Shown here one piece after another: positions 36,134 to 51,303 of a DNA stretch of 64,000 nt (position 1 is the first letter of the stretch; each line of letters opens with the position of its first letter). Source of the DNA: Felis catus (taxonomy: Eukaryota); assembly GCF_018350175.1 (NCBI RefSeq), contig NC_058383.1, forward strand, positions 23,562,001-23,626,000. The letters are read 5' to 3'. The position numbers were made by a program, and so were the translations under genes. Under the pieces are notes generated by a model. The model was not told where the DNA came from and did not search any database. It saw only the letters and a list, made by a program, of their open reading frames with translations.

Positions 36134-36877
36134 AAGTCTAACATTTTAAAAACTTCCATTTTCATAACACATATCCTGTATTTGTTTCATTCAACATACG
36201 AGATGCGTGATGACCGTTACCCTAAAGATTAGAGGTCACACTACATCCCTCTGTCCTGAGTGGAAGAACTGTCTTTGTGAGTGTGATAGTGATGGGCCAA
36301 TTAAGACTAAGCTGGGAGGGAGGGAAGAAGATGGAAGCGAGATGTCAAAATCGTAATTAGAGAAACCATCTAAAAAAAAAAAAAGAAAGAAAAGCCATCT
36401 TGAAAAGTACCTTGGAGCAAGTATTATTTCTTCTGGTAGAGAACAGAGTAAGAAGATGAGCTAAAATATAGAAGATCCAACGCAGAAGGTTAGACAGAAA
36501 ACCTCAGAACCTCAGAACAAATAAGCCACAACCAACCCTAGGTGTCAGTGTTGTGCCAAGTAACAGCACCAGGGAAGCAGTGGGCAAGGCAATACTGATT
36601 TTTAACTGATTTAGGAGGGAAAGATTCGATAAGGGGTTGGGTACAGCAAAGATGTTTATGGAATCATTACCATCTCACTGAGAAAACATGCTATGGATGG
36701 TTCTTTGAAAGCTACCTCATTGTAGAAATCTATTTTAAGTACCCACATGTGTACATTTGTTATTAAAAATGCATTACGATCTGTTTTTATTTCATTAAAG
36801 TGTTTCTTTTAAAGTGGTATTAAGTGAAGTGTATTCTATTTTTAAAACCCAGACAGAATTTTAAAATATCTTAAAAG

Positions 36878-39045
36878 CACTTGGGTACCTCAGTTGGTTA
36901 AGCGTCCGATTCTTGATTTTGGCTCAGATCATGATCTCACGGTTTGTGAATTCGAGCCCAGCATTGGGCTCCATGGTGACAGTACAGAGCCTACTTGGGA
37001 TTCTCTCTTTCACCCTCTCTCTCTGCCCCTCCCCTGCTCACACACGTGCACGCTCTCTCTCAAGAATAAATTAAAAATAAATAAATGAAATATTTTAAGA
37101 ACCCTTTGAAAATGTTTTGCAATGATGGCTTCAATCAGTGGTCTCCAACATATGTAATCACACGTGCCAGGAAAAAATGGAAAGCGAGCAGGAACACATA
37201 AACTCTTTTTGTGTGTTTGTATATGTACGTGTGAATGCCTATGTTGTACACTTGTGTGTTGGGTATAGTGTGTACATGTATGTGTGCATGTATGTGTAAC
37301 TTATACACAAAAGTAGAAATTAAAATGGCATAAAAGTCATATTAATAGACATGTTAATATTTTCTTCCTATAACCCAAAATAAACAGTCTTGTGTTCTCC
37401 TGGGTGTACAGCCCCACTTTGAGACCACTGACCTGGATGAAATAAATGAACTTCTAAGCTACATGGCAAAAAAAGGTAAGCATTATCTAGGTGAACAGAA
37501 AGAGGTGGACTAGAGAATTTACTTTTCCTTTCTGGGAGTCCTTACATTTTGGTACTCCCAGGGCTGAAAATCTGCTGTTCTTTGTGTAACTGAATGAGAA
37601 GACAAAATCCCTGAGCTACATCAGTATTTGATTTAGAAGGAGCCTTACCCAACACAAGCAAGGGCTGTGTCTCCAAGATTGTTGTTGAAGCTCAAATTCA
37701 GAATACGTTCTCCTTTGGAAAAGTAGTTACATTCCCTCAGGTCATACATCACAGTGAATGATGTATATATTAATATCATCTTTTTATTCACCCATCTAAC
37801 CAACAACAGCTGTTAGGTGCTACACTATTTTTTTTTTAATTTTTTTTTTAACATTTATTTATTTTTGAGACAGAGAGAGACAGAGCATGAACGGGGGAGG
37901 GTCAGAGAAAGAGGGAGACACAGAATCTGAAACAGGCTCCAGGCTCTGAGCAGTCAGCACAGAGCCTGACGCGGGGCTCGAACCCACAGACAGTGAGATC
38001 GTGACCTGAGCCAAAGTCGGACGCTTAACCGACTGCGCCACCCAGGCGTCCCGGTGCTACACTATTATACAGTCAAAGGCCTTTCTTTCATGCCACCCTT
38101 GGATCACACTGACCTTGTCCTTCCCTAATCCCACCTTGCTCACACTCTCCTGCTTTTGCATGTGCTGTTCTCTCTGCCTGGTAAAATACTTCCCAGATAC
38201 AAACACAGCTGAAATGTCACCTCCTACATGAAACCTACCATAACCTCCCCTTGCTCTTAATGGGTCTTTCCTTCTCTAAACCCAGAGTACTCTGTCACAT
38301 TTCTTATCAGATTATCCTGCCATTGTCTGCTTACATTTATCTTCTGTATGATTCTTCAAGTATCTTAAGACCAGAAGCAAGTTTTACATTATCTTTGTAT
38401 TTCCACTGCCTAGTGTTCGTTGCCTGGTAAAAACTAGGCTCTCCAACACCTTTATGTGAAAACAACTGAACGCTGTTTCTATAGAAAAATATTTTTTCAG
38501 CCCGTCAACTGATATACGAAGCACACTTCACTCCCTGGCCATCGATCCTCACCCCTCTCCATAAGCAGTGTTTGTTGAATCCCTGGCAATATTAATTTTC
38601 CTACTAGCTGAGCATCCGGGCTTTTCACTGGAAAAAATTAAGCTACAGCTTTCTGTTCAGCTTTGAGTTTCCCATGGCAGTGAAAGAAGAATAATACTGA
38701 AAGAAATCCCAAGAGGGAAACAACAAAGACGTGCTTCTAGTGTCTACACACTACCCTCTAGACAAGAGCACTTAAACTACATACCAAAAGATGTCAGCAG
38801 GATTTTCAGAATAAGTAATTTCTTTTTCTCTACTACATAAAACCTGGGTGAACTGGAGACGCTGGCTAACAGGCATATAGTTAAGTCTCTGTAGAGTCAA
38901 GTCACATGAGGCGATGAAGAATGCACACTTTGAGACAAAGTTACAATGAGGACATCGGGGCGCCTGGCTGGCTTAGTCCAAGAGCATGAGACTCTCGATC
39001 TCAGAGTTGTGAGTTCAAGCCTGGGTGCAGTTAAATAAATAAATA
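36878..39045. mobile_element. Dispersed CanSINEs (36878-37090 +, 37828-38052 -, 38957-39045 + short) among L2/MIR-like remnants
   Basis: Typical motifs; 37828-38052 has TSD ggtgctacactatt. Confidence 0.8.
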
Positions 39046-39429
39046 TTACAGTGTATCAAACTGTGATTATTATTTTAAAAGGGAGAGATCTCAAGTAGGT
39101 CTGAAGGACACTGATGAACATTGCACACTAAAGGCCTGTTGAACAAATAGGATTAATAAAGCCACAGACAAAAATGAAGTAACAGAACAGAATGGGATGA
39201 AAGAAGTCTAACATGTATAAAATATCAACATTGACACAGATGCGGTGGGGCCCTATCCCATAAATGAGATTATTTAATACTCACAACAAACCCCAACATA
39301 AGCGTTAGCCCCGCTCTCACAGATGAAACACTAACCTTAATGAGAGACCCGTGTTTCAAACAGGGCCAGTCCTCAAAGCCCAGGCTTTTTCTGTGGAACA
39401 GTCCTATCAGTCTTGCTGATTTCTATTTA

Positions 39430-41940
39430 GACTTTTGAGAGTTGTAAGACTAAAAATGTCAAATTTAACCAGAAAAATGACCCTAAAAGAAAGTGAGAAA
39501 GATGCCAAAGGCTACTTCTCCAAAGGCACAGGCCTAACTGCTTTCACAGGAGAATTCTACCAAACTTTGCAAGTACAGAGAGCCGCATGCAATTTAAACT
39601 GTGCCAGAGCACAGAAGAAAAAACTTCCCAATAACTTTTTACAAAGTCAGCAGAACACTGATACCAAAACATGACAAAGATAACATTTTCCAAATAAATA
39701 AAATATCAGATAGATATAATATTTTTATTTAAAAATTTTGTAGGTACAACCCAGTGATGCATTACAAGACCATCCCATCTAAGCCCAGAAATGCAAGGGT
39801 GGATATGTATTATACAAGTACTATTAATTTAACAAGTCAAAGGAGAAAAAACAGAATGACTATCTCCACAGATGATGAATATACAGGTAACAAAATTCAA
39901 CAGCAATTCCTGACTTTTAAGCTTTTTTTTTTTTTTAAACGTTTATTTATTTTTGAGACAGAGAGAGACAGAGCATGAAGGGGGGAGGGGCAGAGAGAGA
40001 AGGAGACACAGAATCGGAAGCAGGCTCCAGGCTCTGAGCCATCAGCCCAGAGCCCGACGCGGGGCTGGAACTCACGGACCGCGAGATCGTGACCTGAGCT
40101 GAAGTCGGACACTTAACCGACTGCGCCACCCAGGCGCCCCTTAAGCTCTTAACAAAACGAGATTTAAAAGAATATATATTTCAAGTCAATCAACAGCAAT
40201 CTCAAGCCAAAAGACAGCATCACATGTAAAGCAGAAATATTCTCATTAAAGTCAAAAACAAGACAAAAACGCCCACCATTTAAAAAAACATTTTCTGGAA
40301 TTAACTACCAATTCACTGGGGGGGGGGGGGGGGGGGGAGTCTAAAAATGAAAAGGAAGTAGCAAAATCATTTGCAGATGCATCAAGGAAACGCAAGAGAA
40401 TCAGTAGAGAAGCTACTGGAAACACTAAAATAATTCAACAATCTAAACCGATTAAAAAATTAGTACATACACAAAAATTCAATTGCTTATGTTATGTACA
40501 CCTACCATTCATTCTAAAATATGATGGGAGAGCCCTTTGCAACAACATGGATGAAACTGGAGGGCATTATGGTAAGTGAAATAAGCCAGACACAGAAAGA
40601 CAAATACTGCATGATCTCTGATCTTACTTATATGTGGAATCTAAACAAGTCAAACTTGAAGAACCAGAGACTAGAACAATGGTTGCCTGGGGCTGGAGGG
40701 TGGGGAAAATGGGGAGATATTGGTCAACGGTCACCAACTTCCAGTTATGAGTAAGCTCTGGGGATCTAACGTATAGCATGGTAACTATAGTTAATAATAC
40801 TACACTGTACACCTTAAGTTTGCTGAAAGAATTGATCATTTAAGTGTTATGACACACAAAAAGACTATGTGAGGTGATGGACGTATTAATTAATTTGTAG
40901 TAATAACTTCACAACATACAGGTATATTAAATTATCATGCTGTACACCTTAAAAACATCCAATTTTTATTTGTCAATTTCCCAAAAAGCTGGGAAAAAAT
41001 TTAAGAGTTACAATAATGATAGAAGGAAAATTTCTATTTAACAATATCACACACACAAACACACCATTAGAATAAATCTAACAAAAACTGTGCAGGACGT
41101 TTAGGAAGAAAAACTTCTGTTACTAAGGAAATTAAAGAATTCAGGGTGCCTGGGTGGCTCAGTTGGTTGGGCATCCGACTTGGGCTCAGGTTATGATCTC
41201 GTGGTCCGTAAGTTCAAGCTGCGTCAGGCTCTGTGCTGACAGCTCAGAGCCTGGAGCCGGCTTTGGATTCTGTATCTTCTTCTCTCTCTGCCCCTCCCCA
41301 ACCCAGATTCTGTCTCTGTCTCTGTCTCAAAAGTAAATAAACATTAAAAAAAATTTTTTTAAACGAGCGACACATCCTACTACTAGCTAGGAAGACTCAA
41401 TATTCCCTAAATCAATCTATAACATTTAAACTAGACCAACTAGTGCTGAAGTTGATCTGTTAAATAAATAAGCCAAGAAAAATCTGCAAAGGAACTAATG
41501 AAAGGGGGCTAATGCTGTGACATTAAAGTGTAGGATAAGTTTGGGCCCCCTGGGTGGCTCAGTCAGTTAAGCATCCAACTCGATTTCTGCTCAGGTCATG
41601 ATCTTTCAGTTCGTGGAACTGAGCCCCTTGTCAGGCTCCTAGCTGTAAGTGCGGAGCCCGTTTGGGATTCTCTCCCTCTCCCTCTCTCTGCCCGTCCCCC
41701 ACTCATGCTTGCTCATACATGTGCGCTCTCTCTCAAAATAAATAAATAAACATTTTTTAAAAATGTATGATAAGCTACAGTAATTAAAATAGTTGGGTAC
41801 TGGCCTACACGGAAGGATACATCTTAATAGAACCAAATCCATAGGGGACTTCAGTCTATTATAAAGGTCGAGTTTCAAAGCACTGGGGAAAAGATGACTA
41901 TTCAATAAATGGGTTAGGACTGCAGGCTAGCTATCAGGAC
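39430..41940 (+). mobile_element. Decayed old L1 ORF2 region with nested L1MA-type 3' end (~40530-41000) and CanSINEs (39923-40140 -, 41143-41363 +, 41542-41763 +)
   Basis: ttcacaggagaattctaccaaac (FTGEFYQT), ctgataccaaaac, aataaatctaacaaaa; FATTWMKLEGIMVSEISQTQKDKYCMIS. Confidence 0.8.
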
Positions 41941-42599
41941 AACTCTTTCACAAGCAGTTTCACTCCTAGAAATGGACTGTACAGAAAACCTTACACCTGA
42001 TTTCCTTCATTTTTTTTTTCTATGTCACCCTCTCAGTAAGGCCTTTCCCTGAGTACCCTCTTTAAAATTATAGCACCCAAACCCAACCCCCAATTCCAGA
42101 TGCCCCGTTCTTGCTTTTATTATTTTCTCCCTAACATTTATCACCAACAGCATGCCATTTGCTTCCTGTCTTCCTCACTAGAAGGTAAGCTCCATGAGCG
42201 CAAGGATATTTACATGCTTTCTACGTACTGTATCTCCAGCATCTAGGCACTCAGTAAACACTTTCTAAATGAATGAAGATATTTTGTGGCATAAGAGCAG
42301 TCAACACCAATTCCCTTCCACCTTCTTTGCAAGCTTACCCAACAACGTAAATAGGCTGAGGGCAGACGACTCCCTTCCAGACCCAGAGAGTGCATCGTGA
42401 CTGTTCTATGCCCCTGACCAGTTGCTGGCTGAGCAGGAACATGTGCCCCATCCTTGCCAACGGGCCCTAAAGTGATGGGAAGATTTCTGGGGAAGGTTTC
42501 CCTCACTTAAAAAAAAAAAAAGATGCGTGGGGATCCTCTCTTTTCAAGACTTTGTCATGCCTACACAGGACACTTGGCACTGTACCTGCCTCTTTGCAA

Positions 42600-42625
42600 T
42601 TCTTTTTTAATGTTTATTTATTTTT

Positions 42626-42675
<50 letters not shown>

Positions 42676-42841
42676 ATGAGCAGGGGAGGGGCAGAGAGAG
42701 AGGGAGACACAGAATCCAAAGCAGGTTCCAGGCTCTGAGCTGTCAGCACAGAGCCCGACGCGGGGCTCGAACTCACGGACCATGAGATCATGACCTGAGC
42801 CGAAGTCTGACGCTTAATCGACTGAGCCACCCAGGTGCCCC
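42600..42841 (-). mobile_element. CanSINE with long (GA)n, inside a MaLR-like remnant
   Basis: TSD ctgcc(t/a)ctttgcaattct. Confidence 0.9.
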
Positions 42842-43155
42842 TGCCACTTTGCAATTCTGTGGGGACTATCACCACACTGAAGATGAAGAAAGCAACCTCT
42901 CAATTTCAACAGAGCAGCTGTATCACAGAATTAACGCAACCATGCAACCATGGAACTGCTTTTCTAAAATAAACTCTTATTTTTTAAAAGCAATTTGGGT
43001 TGCTCCGTCTGTTTCTTAAAGCAGAAAGCATTCTGATACATACTTACACATATGAAAAGACCTGCCTATGAGTGTTCATTTCACTATTATTTATAAAGCA
43101 AACTGCTGGTCCCTAAAAGTACAACAGGGGCCTCCTCAAGGAAAGTTCTACACCC

Positions 43156-43360
43156 AGTGATGTGCTGGTAAATGTTTACCAGCCAGCTTGGAGAAAGGAG
43201 AGGCTATCATAGTATTTGACAATTTCCAAGACCTTAGTGCTCCCATTGACCACTCAGTGGTCACTTTCAATAACAGCCATGTTTAAAAACCAGTTCACTA
43301 AATTCACAATGTAACAATCTGCTCTCATGAGCCAGTAAAACTGACTCCAACATACCATTG
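43156..43360. mobile_element. MER63-like hAT MITE
   Basis: Termini cagtgatgtgctggtaaatgtt ... gagccagtaaaactgactccaacataccattg. Confidence 0.65.
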
Positions 43361-44560
43361 CTTATATCCAGACCATGATGCAGGTACATATGTGCTGATA
43401 AGGAACAATTTCCTAGATACACTTAAGTGGAAAAAGGCAACAAAAGTATTTACAGTGGGGTTTAATAATATAATCATTTTTTTCATGTGCAGTTATATTT
43501 ACATAGATGATCTTTAAAGGAATATTCGAGAGACCTGAGCAAGACTGTGGAACTGGAACAGATGAGAAAATTTTCACTGTATACCCTCTTGCTAGCTGCT
43601 TGAACTCTTTTTACCATGACTTATTTTTTTATAAAATTATACTTTTTAAAAAATTAAGCATGCCACTAAATTTTCATTTTTGCAATATAATTGTCTTTTT
43701 ATCTACTCTTCCCTTATTTGATGCTTAGAACAATTCTCACATAGATTTAATGACCCCATAACCAAAACTGGGTCAGGAAACCAAATAAATGGAAATTGAA
43801 ATTAGAAAGATGCATTTTACATTTTTTCCAAATTAACCTAAGAAACAAAATTGCAGTGACAGGACTTCAAGACAAATCAAAAAAGTGCAAAAAATAATTT
43901 CATCTACAATTGCTTTTTGTTGAAATATAAATTGGGCCAAGTATGCAAAGCACACTCCTATTTCCTTAAAACAGCCCAGTATTCACGAACTCACACACAC
44001 AACAAGGTCACTTTGCAGCTTACAGTCGTCACATTGTGTCACATGGAAATCATCAGGATCTAATTAGTGACTTAAAGAAAGGAAGCAATAACGGAGTGCG
44101 TGGAGCAATATGCAAAATGGATAGGTCAATAAAGGCCACCCACAGCAAAAAAGCTTCTTGTACTCAGGTTTGCTACACGTCATGTGCCAGATTCCCGGGA
44201 CTTAGTAGGCAACTGCACGTCCACAACCAAGGAGTTTGTTTTCAGGCCTTACTGGGGACTGCTCTCTTGTGCAGTTGGATTTCCTCTCAATTTTTAGTGT
44301 GAGAAACACAAGGAAATAAAATTCATGGTTAGATTAATGTTTCTTCCCCTGCTCTTCCACCTCCTGCTATGCCAGGAAATAGCACTAAAATTCTATCATG
44401 TGGTTGCCCAACAGGACACAGGAAACCAGGGCCTTATAATCTGATGACTAGTGATTGCAATGCAGAGATGGAGCTAAGGCTTAATTACACAGGGAACAGC
44501 ACTGACAAGTCAGGTTGCTGAATTACCAAGGACATTTCCTAGGATCCTCACTGTACTGCA

Positions 44561-44563
<3 letters not shown>

Positions 44564-44608
<45 letters not shown>
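44564..44608. repeat. (CA)n microsatellite
   Basis: Seen directly. Confidence 0.95.
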
Positions 44609-44612
<4 letters not shown>

Positions 44613-45739
44613 TACACATGCATACACGCTATATGGACACTCACACTGAAAGCAATTTTTTCTTTACCACGACCAGGTGATTCACCAACAGGAATTGCTT
44701 GATCTGGTCTATCTGCACTCCTTCCCACCCTCCTATGTCTAAAGAATTCTGCATTTTCCCCATCATCAACAAACATCTGAAATCATTTGGTAAATGTTAA
44801 AACAAGCATTTAATCTGAAGGGACTAAGACCTGAGGGGGCTAAAAATAAGGACAAGAAGAAATACAGGAGCAAGTCAAATCCATGGTTATAAGCAAACAT
44901 GAATATTATTCCTTAAGACAGATTTTCACGGATATTTGAGAACTATGAAGCTTATGAAATATTAATGCAGGTCTTAAAAATGTCTGCAGGCTCTTAGAGT
45001 TTTTGAACCCAAGGCTGAACCAGGCAGTAAAATGGAAAAACTAAAGATTTTCAAATATTACCATGTATTACTTAATAAATAGTTTTTGTATTACTGCACA
45101 TTATTAACTAATGAAAATGCAAAGGAGAGGCTTAAAATCATAACTTCCAACAAGACCTGAAATGCAAACTACATGAGCTAAAACCATGAGTTAATGTGGC
45201 TACTACCAGATCACAGTAAATATGAAGTAATACGAAATCAAACCATTTCTTTTAATACATTCTTGACTCGGGATTGTGGAAGAGCAAGACGCTGCAACCA
45301 AAAACCCAATGTCATACAAAGAAATGACACATGCTGGAACACAAATGGTCTTCACGAGGGTAAAACAGGTAACGGCATTTACCATTTTTCGAGTCTGGAA
45401 CAAGAGATGTAAAACACAAAACAGCTGTGGCACTCGACAAGTATATCCAGGTACATTAAAAGGCATCACTTATTTCTTGGCTCAGCTTCTAAGCTGATAA
45501 ACAAATGGCTGAGGCTCCATTTCAGAACAGAAAATATGGCCACATTTTAGGTTTTCAATTCCACACAAGCAGACCCAGCTGGGTACTCACTATTACCACT
45601 GCAAAGGGGACACCAGGTTCTACAAAATCCACATTAATATGAACATTAACCAAGGTGATGTTGTGCATGGGTTAACCATATTCCTTTAAAATCCAGGCTA
45701 TTCTAAGAAAACAGAATCACAAATACCAGAAGACATCTA

Positions 45740-46027
<288 letters not shown>

Positions 46028-47192
46028 TCACAGGCTCTAACTTTGTCTTCTCAATCACAGTAAACGCACGATCTTTCATTTATAATTTATATTTGCAATA
46101 ATAAGATGGCCAGGCAAAGAAAAGCAGCAACTCTATTTCTTTAAATTTAGCATTTCACCCATTTCCAAATCTAAAAACATATACTTCCTTTATAAGAACA
46201 AAACATATGTTTAATAAGAATGAGTTACAAGGCGCTAAAAATGGTTATACAACTAGGGCATCAAATTCCTGAACATAAAATGAACCAAAAAAAATCCTGC
46301 TTTTTACTTCATTGTAATGTAATCATAAAATACATCACATATTCATGGTTTATATTCCTGGAGTCCCCTCTATTTTTAAGAATGGCTAGGGGTATTCTTA
46401 TGGCTGGGTATCTTCTTAAAAAGGCAATTTCCACTTACAACCTATGGCCTTTGAGCACACATCTCTGTTTCCAGGAGACAGGTACTATTCATACTCTAGA
46501 ATTTCCTATCTGAATAACTATATAGAAACGACGAAGCATGGGGCATCCTATTAAAAGCGTCAATGAAGAGCACAGTTAACACACTACTCTCAACCCTCCC
46601 CCCCTCTCTCCTACCATCCCTCTCTCAGAACATTTCTAAGTCCTTTACAATGTTTTATCCACAGGAAGAGTTCTCTTATCAAGAGTCTTTGTCAGCCACA
46701 CCATTAAGGCAATTCTGTAAATTACTCACTCCTGCTTGGTTGTGACAATCAGAATGTGGCAGATGGGGCACGTTATGATAGAGGCAGGGAAGAGAAGGGA
46801 GCAGGAAAAAGGATCTTTGGTAAACAAGTCTTTGATAATGCTGAGTAGATACAGTAGAGTTAACTTAGAAAATTCTGAAAGTATAATGAGGGCTGTTTTA
46901 AAAAACTCATTAGCATAGTGATATTTGAGAGCATTTTCAAATAGAATAAAGGAGCACAAACCACTCAGCTGCATCTTGTTTTCAGTCTAGGTTTTTTGTA
47001 ATAACTAAACCCTCCTCCAAAACAATGCTCTAACCAACTTCAAGGGACTAGTCAGAATCCTTTGTTGCTTGAAATAAGTAGGGCATTAGGGCTCCAAAAT
47101 CACTTTATTGTGCAATGATTATTTTAGAAACTGGATTTAGTTCATTCAAGCTATAAAGGTCCTACTTTGGGGATAAAAATCCTATCAATTCC

Positions 47193-48328
47193 AGGGCGCC
47201 TGGGTGGTTCAGTCAGTTGAGCGCCGGGCTTCGGCTCAGGTCATGATCTCACGGTTTGTGGTTTCAAGCCCTGCATCGGGCTCTGGGCTGACAGCTCAGA
47301 GCCTGGAAACTGCTACAGATTCTGTGTCTCCCTCTTTGCCCCTCCTCAGCTTGCACTCTGTCTGTCTGTCTCTCTCTCTCTCAAAAATAAACATTAAAAA
47401 ATTTTTTTAAAATACTATCAATTCTCATTTTAAAAACCAAAATGAACAATCGAAAAGGACTATTTTAGATATTAAAACCTCAAACAGCCTATTTAAATTC
47501 ATAAATTGTAAAAAACAAACAAAAAAACCAAATGATACACTTGATTTAAAAAAACAAAACAACAAAAAAAGTCTTAGGCTCATCTATAAGGAAGCAGAAG
47601 CCAAACTTTTATCAACATGTTTTCATATAGAATAATCTCACCAAATCCATCTCTGAATTACTTGCACATTTTGAAAGAAAAACATGCTCCAATAAAAAAT
47701 TATGGCTTTAATAAGGGAAAGTTACAGCTACACATTTAGAAGCCCTTCTTCATCTTTGTATGGTGACTTTTCACTTGTAAACTCACTTGTAAACTCAGTT
47801 CCACCGATGAAGACAAATGTACTGGCCCCAATCGAACTGTGTATTAGCCCAGGAATTGAGACCCGTGGTTAAGATTTCCTCCACTTATGAGAACAGTGGA
47901 AGAAGTCACTTGTCCAAATCATACTGTAAGTCACTGGCAGAGTAAAAATTGCAACTTGGAAACTCCTAATGGGCTATTCAGGCCAAGGAACCCACTCTCC
48001 CCAGCTAAGGGGAGAAAGAGCCTGACAACCGGTCCGTGAATTGATGCTTTCCGGGTGGTGGGTTGTGAGTGAAGAGCAGTCTGCACTTCAGTCTCCAACA
48101 TCTTTTCATTAAAAAAAGAAAATAAAGGGGCACCTGGTCTCCCTCTCTCTCTGCCCCTCCCCTACTTGTGCTCCGTGTCTCTCTCAATCTCTCCCCACCT
48201 TCTCAAAAATAAACATTAAAAAAATTTTTTAAGAAAATAAAGGATGTTAGCATGAGAAATAGAAAATTTTTTAATTTTATGTTTATTTTTGAGAGAGGGA
48301 GAGACAGACAGAGTACAAACAGGGGAAG

Positions 48329-48385
<57 letters not shown>

Positions 48386-48826
48386 TACTTGAAGCAGGCT
48401 CTAGGTTCCGAGCTGCCAACACAGACCCCGACACGGGGCTTGAACTCATGAATCATGAGATCACGACCTGTGCTGAAGTCAGATACTTAACCAACTGAGC
48501 CACCCAGGCACCCAGAGAAATAGAATTCTTAAACTATAATAATTTCTTTTCAAGAAAGATCCCAAACCTACAGATAATGGATTCAAGTCAAGTAACTTTC
48601 AAACTTACATTGAGAATCTCTGTTCTCTGGTGTTAACATGTACATACGATTCCTTTTTGTTTTTTTTTTTTAATTTTTTTTTAAACGTTTGTTTATTTTT
48701 GAGACAGAGAGAGACAGAGCATTAACAGGGGAGGGTCAGAGAGACAGGGAGACACAGAATCTGAAACAGGCTCCAGGCTCTGAGCCGAAGTCGGACACTT
48801 AACCGACTGAGCCACCCAGGTGCCCC
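47193..48826. mobile_element. CanSINE cluster (47193-47412 +, 48127-48235 + internally deleted, 48265-48513 -, 48653-48826 - internally deleted)
   Basis: Typical motifs. Confidence 0.85.
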
Positions 48827-49561
48827 GATAAGATTCCTTTTTGATTACGCATGTGTGAAAGGTCTATGCAGATTTAATTCTAAACCCACACCCTTTACAG
48901 CTCAGCATCTTCCCACACCCTTATTTCCTCTACCATCTAACTACCATTCAGACCAACTAATTTTACCACTAACTTTTGGTGAAGCAGACTGAAGAAGGAA
49001 AACATGCTGCCAAAATTTTTTCCTGCCACAGAATCTTTTTTAAAAAATTTATTGTCCCCTGAATTGTGGGATTGTTCATTAGTACACCTAATCAAAAATT
49101 AGGTGCCTTTCCTGTGCCTGTGGCTTTTCCAAAACAGTATTTCTAACCCTGGAATTATTATTTTCAAGAAAACAAGTTAAGTAATAGTTTATCTTCTGGG
49201 AGGATTTAAAACATATTTTCCTTACAGAAGTGACAAAGCAATCGGCATGTTGGTAAATCCTAAATAAAAAGCAAAACACCAACAGTATAAAAAATTTGCT
49301 GTTTTGTTTTAGAAATCAAAGCCAGATCCTTGAATTTTACAACTGGATTTTTTGGCATAAATAAGGATACCTTGGCAACACAGAAAAAGAACTCAACCAT
49401 TTTCTGTGTGTTTTTCATGAACTCAGATATTGAAGAGAAACAAAAAATAGTTAGCTCCCAAGCCAAGAAAACGAGGTATTAAGCTAAAAGTCTGCCCTGC
49501 CAGCAGGTTGGACAAACCCCAACCTAAGATATTACTTCCTCATTAAAATCTCAGATTGTGC

Positions 49562-50259
49562 CATCAGAATGGCTAAAATGAACAAATCAGGAGACTGTAG
49601 ATGCTGGAGAGGATATGGAGAAACAGGAACCCTCTGCACTGTTGGTGGGAATGCCAACTGGTGCAGCCACTCTGGAAAACAGTGTGGAGGTTCCTCAAAA
49701 AAACTAGCTACCCTATGACCCAGCAATAGCACTGCTAGGAATTTACCCAAGGGATACAGGAGTGCTGATACACAGGGGCACTTGTACCCCAATGTTCATG
49801 GCAGCACTTTCAACAATAGCCAAATTATGGAAAGAGCCTAAATGTTCATCAACTGATGAGTAGATAAAGAAATTGTGGTTTATATACACAATGGAAGACT
49901 ACATGGCAATGAGAAAGAATGAAATATGGCCTTTTGTAGGAACGTGGATGAACTGGAGAGTGTTATGCTAAGTGAAATGAGTCATACAGAGAGACACAGA
50001 TACCATATGTTTTCACTCTTATGTGGATCCTGAGAAACTTAAAAGAAGACCATGGGGGAGGGGAAGGGGAAAAAAAAGTTACAGAGAGTGAAGGAGCCCA
50101 ACCATAAGAGACTCTCAAAAACTGAGAATAAACTGAGGGTTGATGGGGGGTGGGAGGGAGGGGAAAGTGGGTGATGGGCATTGAGGAGGGCACCCGTTGG
50201 GATGAGCACTGGGTGTTGTATGGAAACCAATTTGACAATAAATTTCATATTAAAAAAAA
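49562..50259 (+). mobile_element. 5'-truncated felid-type L1 (ORF2 end and 3' UTR)
   Basis: gatgctggagaggatatggagaaacaggaaccctc...gggtgttgtatggaaaccaatttgacaataaatttcatatt; TSD atctcaga(t/c)tgtgc 49548-49561 / 50261-50274. Confidence 0.93.
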
Positions 50260-50704
50260 CATCTCAGACTGTGCTGAAAAACACCATTTTTGTGAGTATG
50301 TTCTTATTTAATACTAATAATATTGTGGAGAGAATATCAACCAGTATGAATTCCCTATTTAGGTCAAACTGCAGATTTTGGCATATGTGCTACGTATTAG
50401 GGGAAAAAAATTAAGTATTTTTCATAGGGTAGTAAGTTTACTAGTAGGTTACACAGCATGTAAACTCTAGATACAATGAATTATTAATTCAGATATCTAA
50501 ATTTCACTGATAATTCCATTTAGGCATTTAGTCTTAAGAAGGGCTTCAATGGCAAGCAAGCAAGGGAAGGAGCAGGGGTGAGTAGGAGGGGAATGAAACA
50601 TTTCAAACACTTTCCTCCCCATATCTACTTTTGAACAGATTTTTTTTACATGGGAGGAGAGTGTCAGATTAGGACTTTGGCATGAAGTTTTCAAATGACG
50701 AGTT

Positions 50705-51061
50705 AATTTCTTTTAAGTTTATTTATTTCTTTTGAGAGAGAGAGAGAGGCAGAGAGAAAGGGAGGGAGAGAATCCCAAGCAGGCTCTGCACTGTCATCAC
50801 AGAGCCCAATGTGGGGCTCCATCCCACAAACCAGGAGATCATGACCTGCACTGAAACCAAGAGTCAGATGCTTAACCGACTGAACCACCCAAAAATACTG
50901 AAGTATTTCTTTAATTAGAAATTAATTCATGGGGCGCCTGGGTGGCTCAGTCGGTTGAGTGTCCGACTCTTGGTTTCGGTGGAGGTCATCATCTCCTAGT
51001 TTGTGGGATCAAGTCCCACGTTGGGCTCTGTGCTAGGCATGGAGCCTGCTTAAGATTCTCT
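50705..51061. mobile_element. Head-to-head CanSINEs (50705-50891 -, 50931-51061 + truncated)
   Basis: Typical motifs. Confidence 0.85.
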
Positions 51062-51062
51062 C

Positions 51063-51303
51063 AGAAAGGAGGAAAAGGAGAGAAGAGAAGAGAGAAGAGA
51101 GAAGAGAGAAGAGAGAAGAGAGAAGAGAGAAGAGAGAAGAGAGAAGGGAAGGGAAGGGAAGGGAAGGGAAGGGAAGGGAAGGGAAGGGAAGGGAAGGGAA
51201 GGGAAGGGAAGGGAAGGGAAGGGAAGGGAGAAGAGAAAAAAGGAGAAAAGAGGAGAAAAGAGGAGAAAAGAGGAGAGAAAAAAGAAAAGAGAAAAGAGAA
51301 GAA
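51063..51303. repeat. ~240-bp pure purine tract: (GAGAA)n, (GGGAA)n, (AGGAGAAAAG)n
   Basis: Seen directly; source of the low-complexity ORFs 50942..51343 and 51061..51396. Confidence 0.95.
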
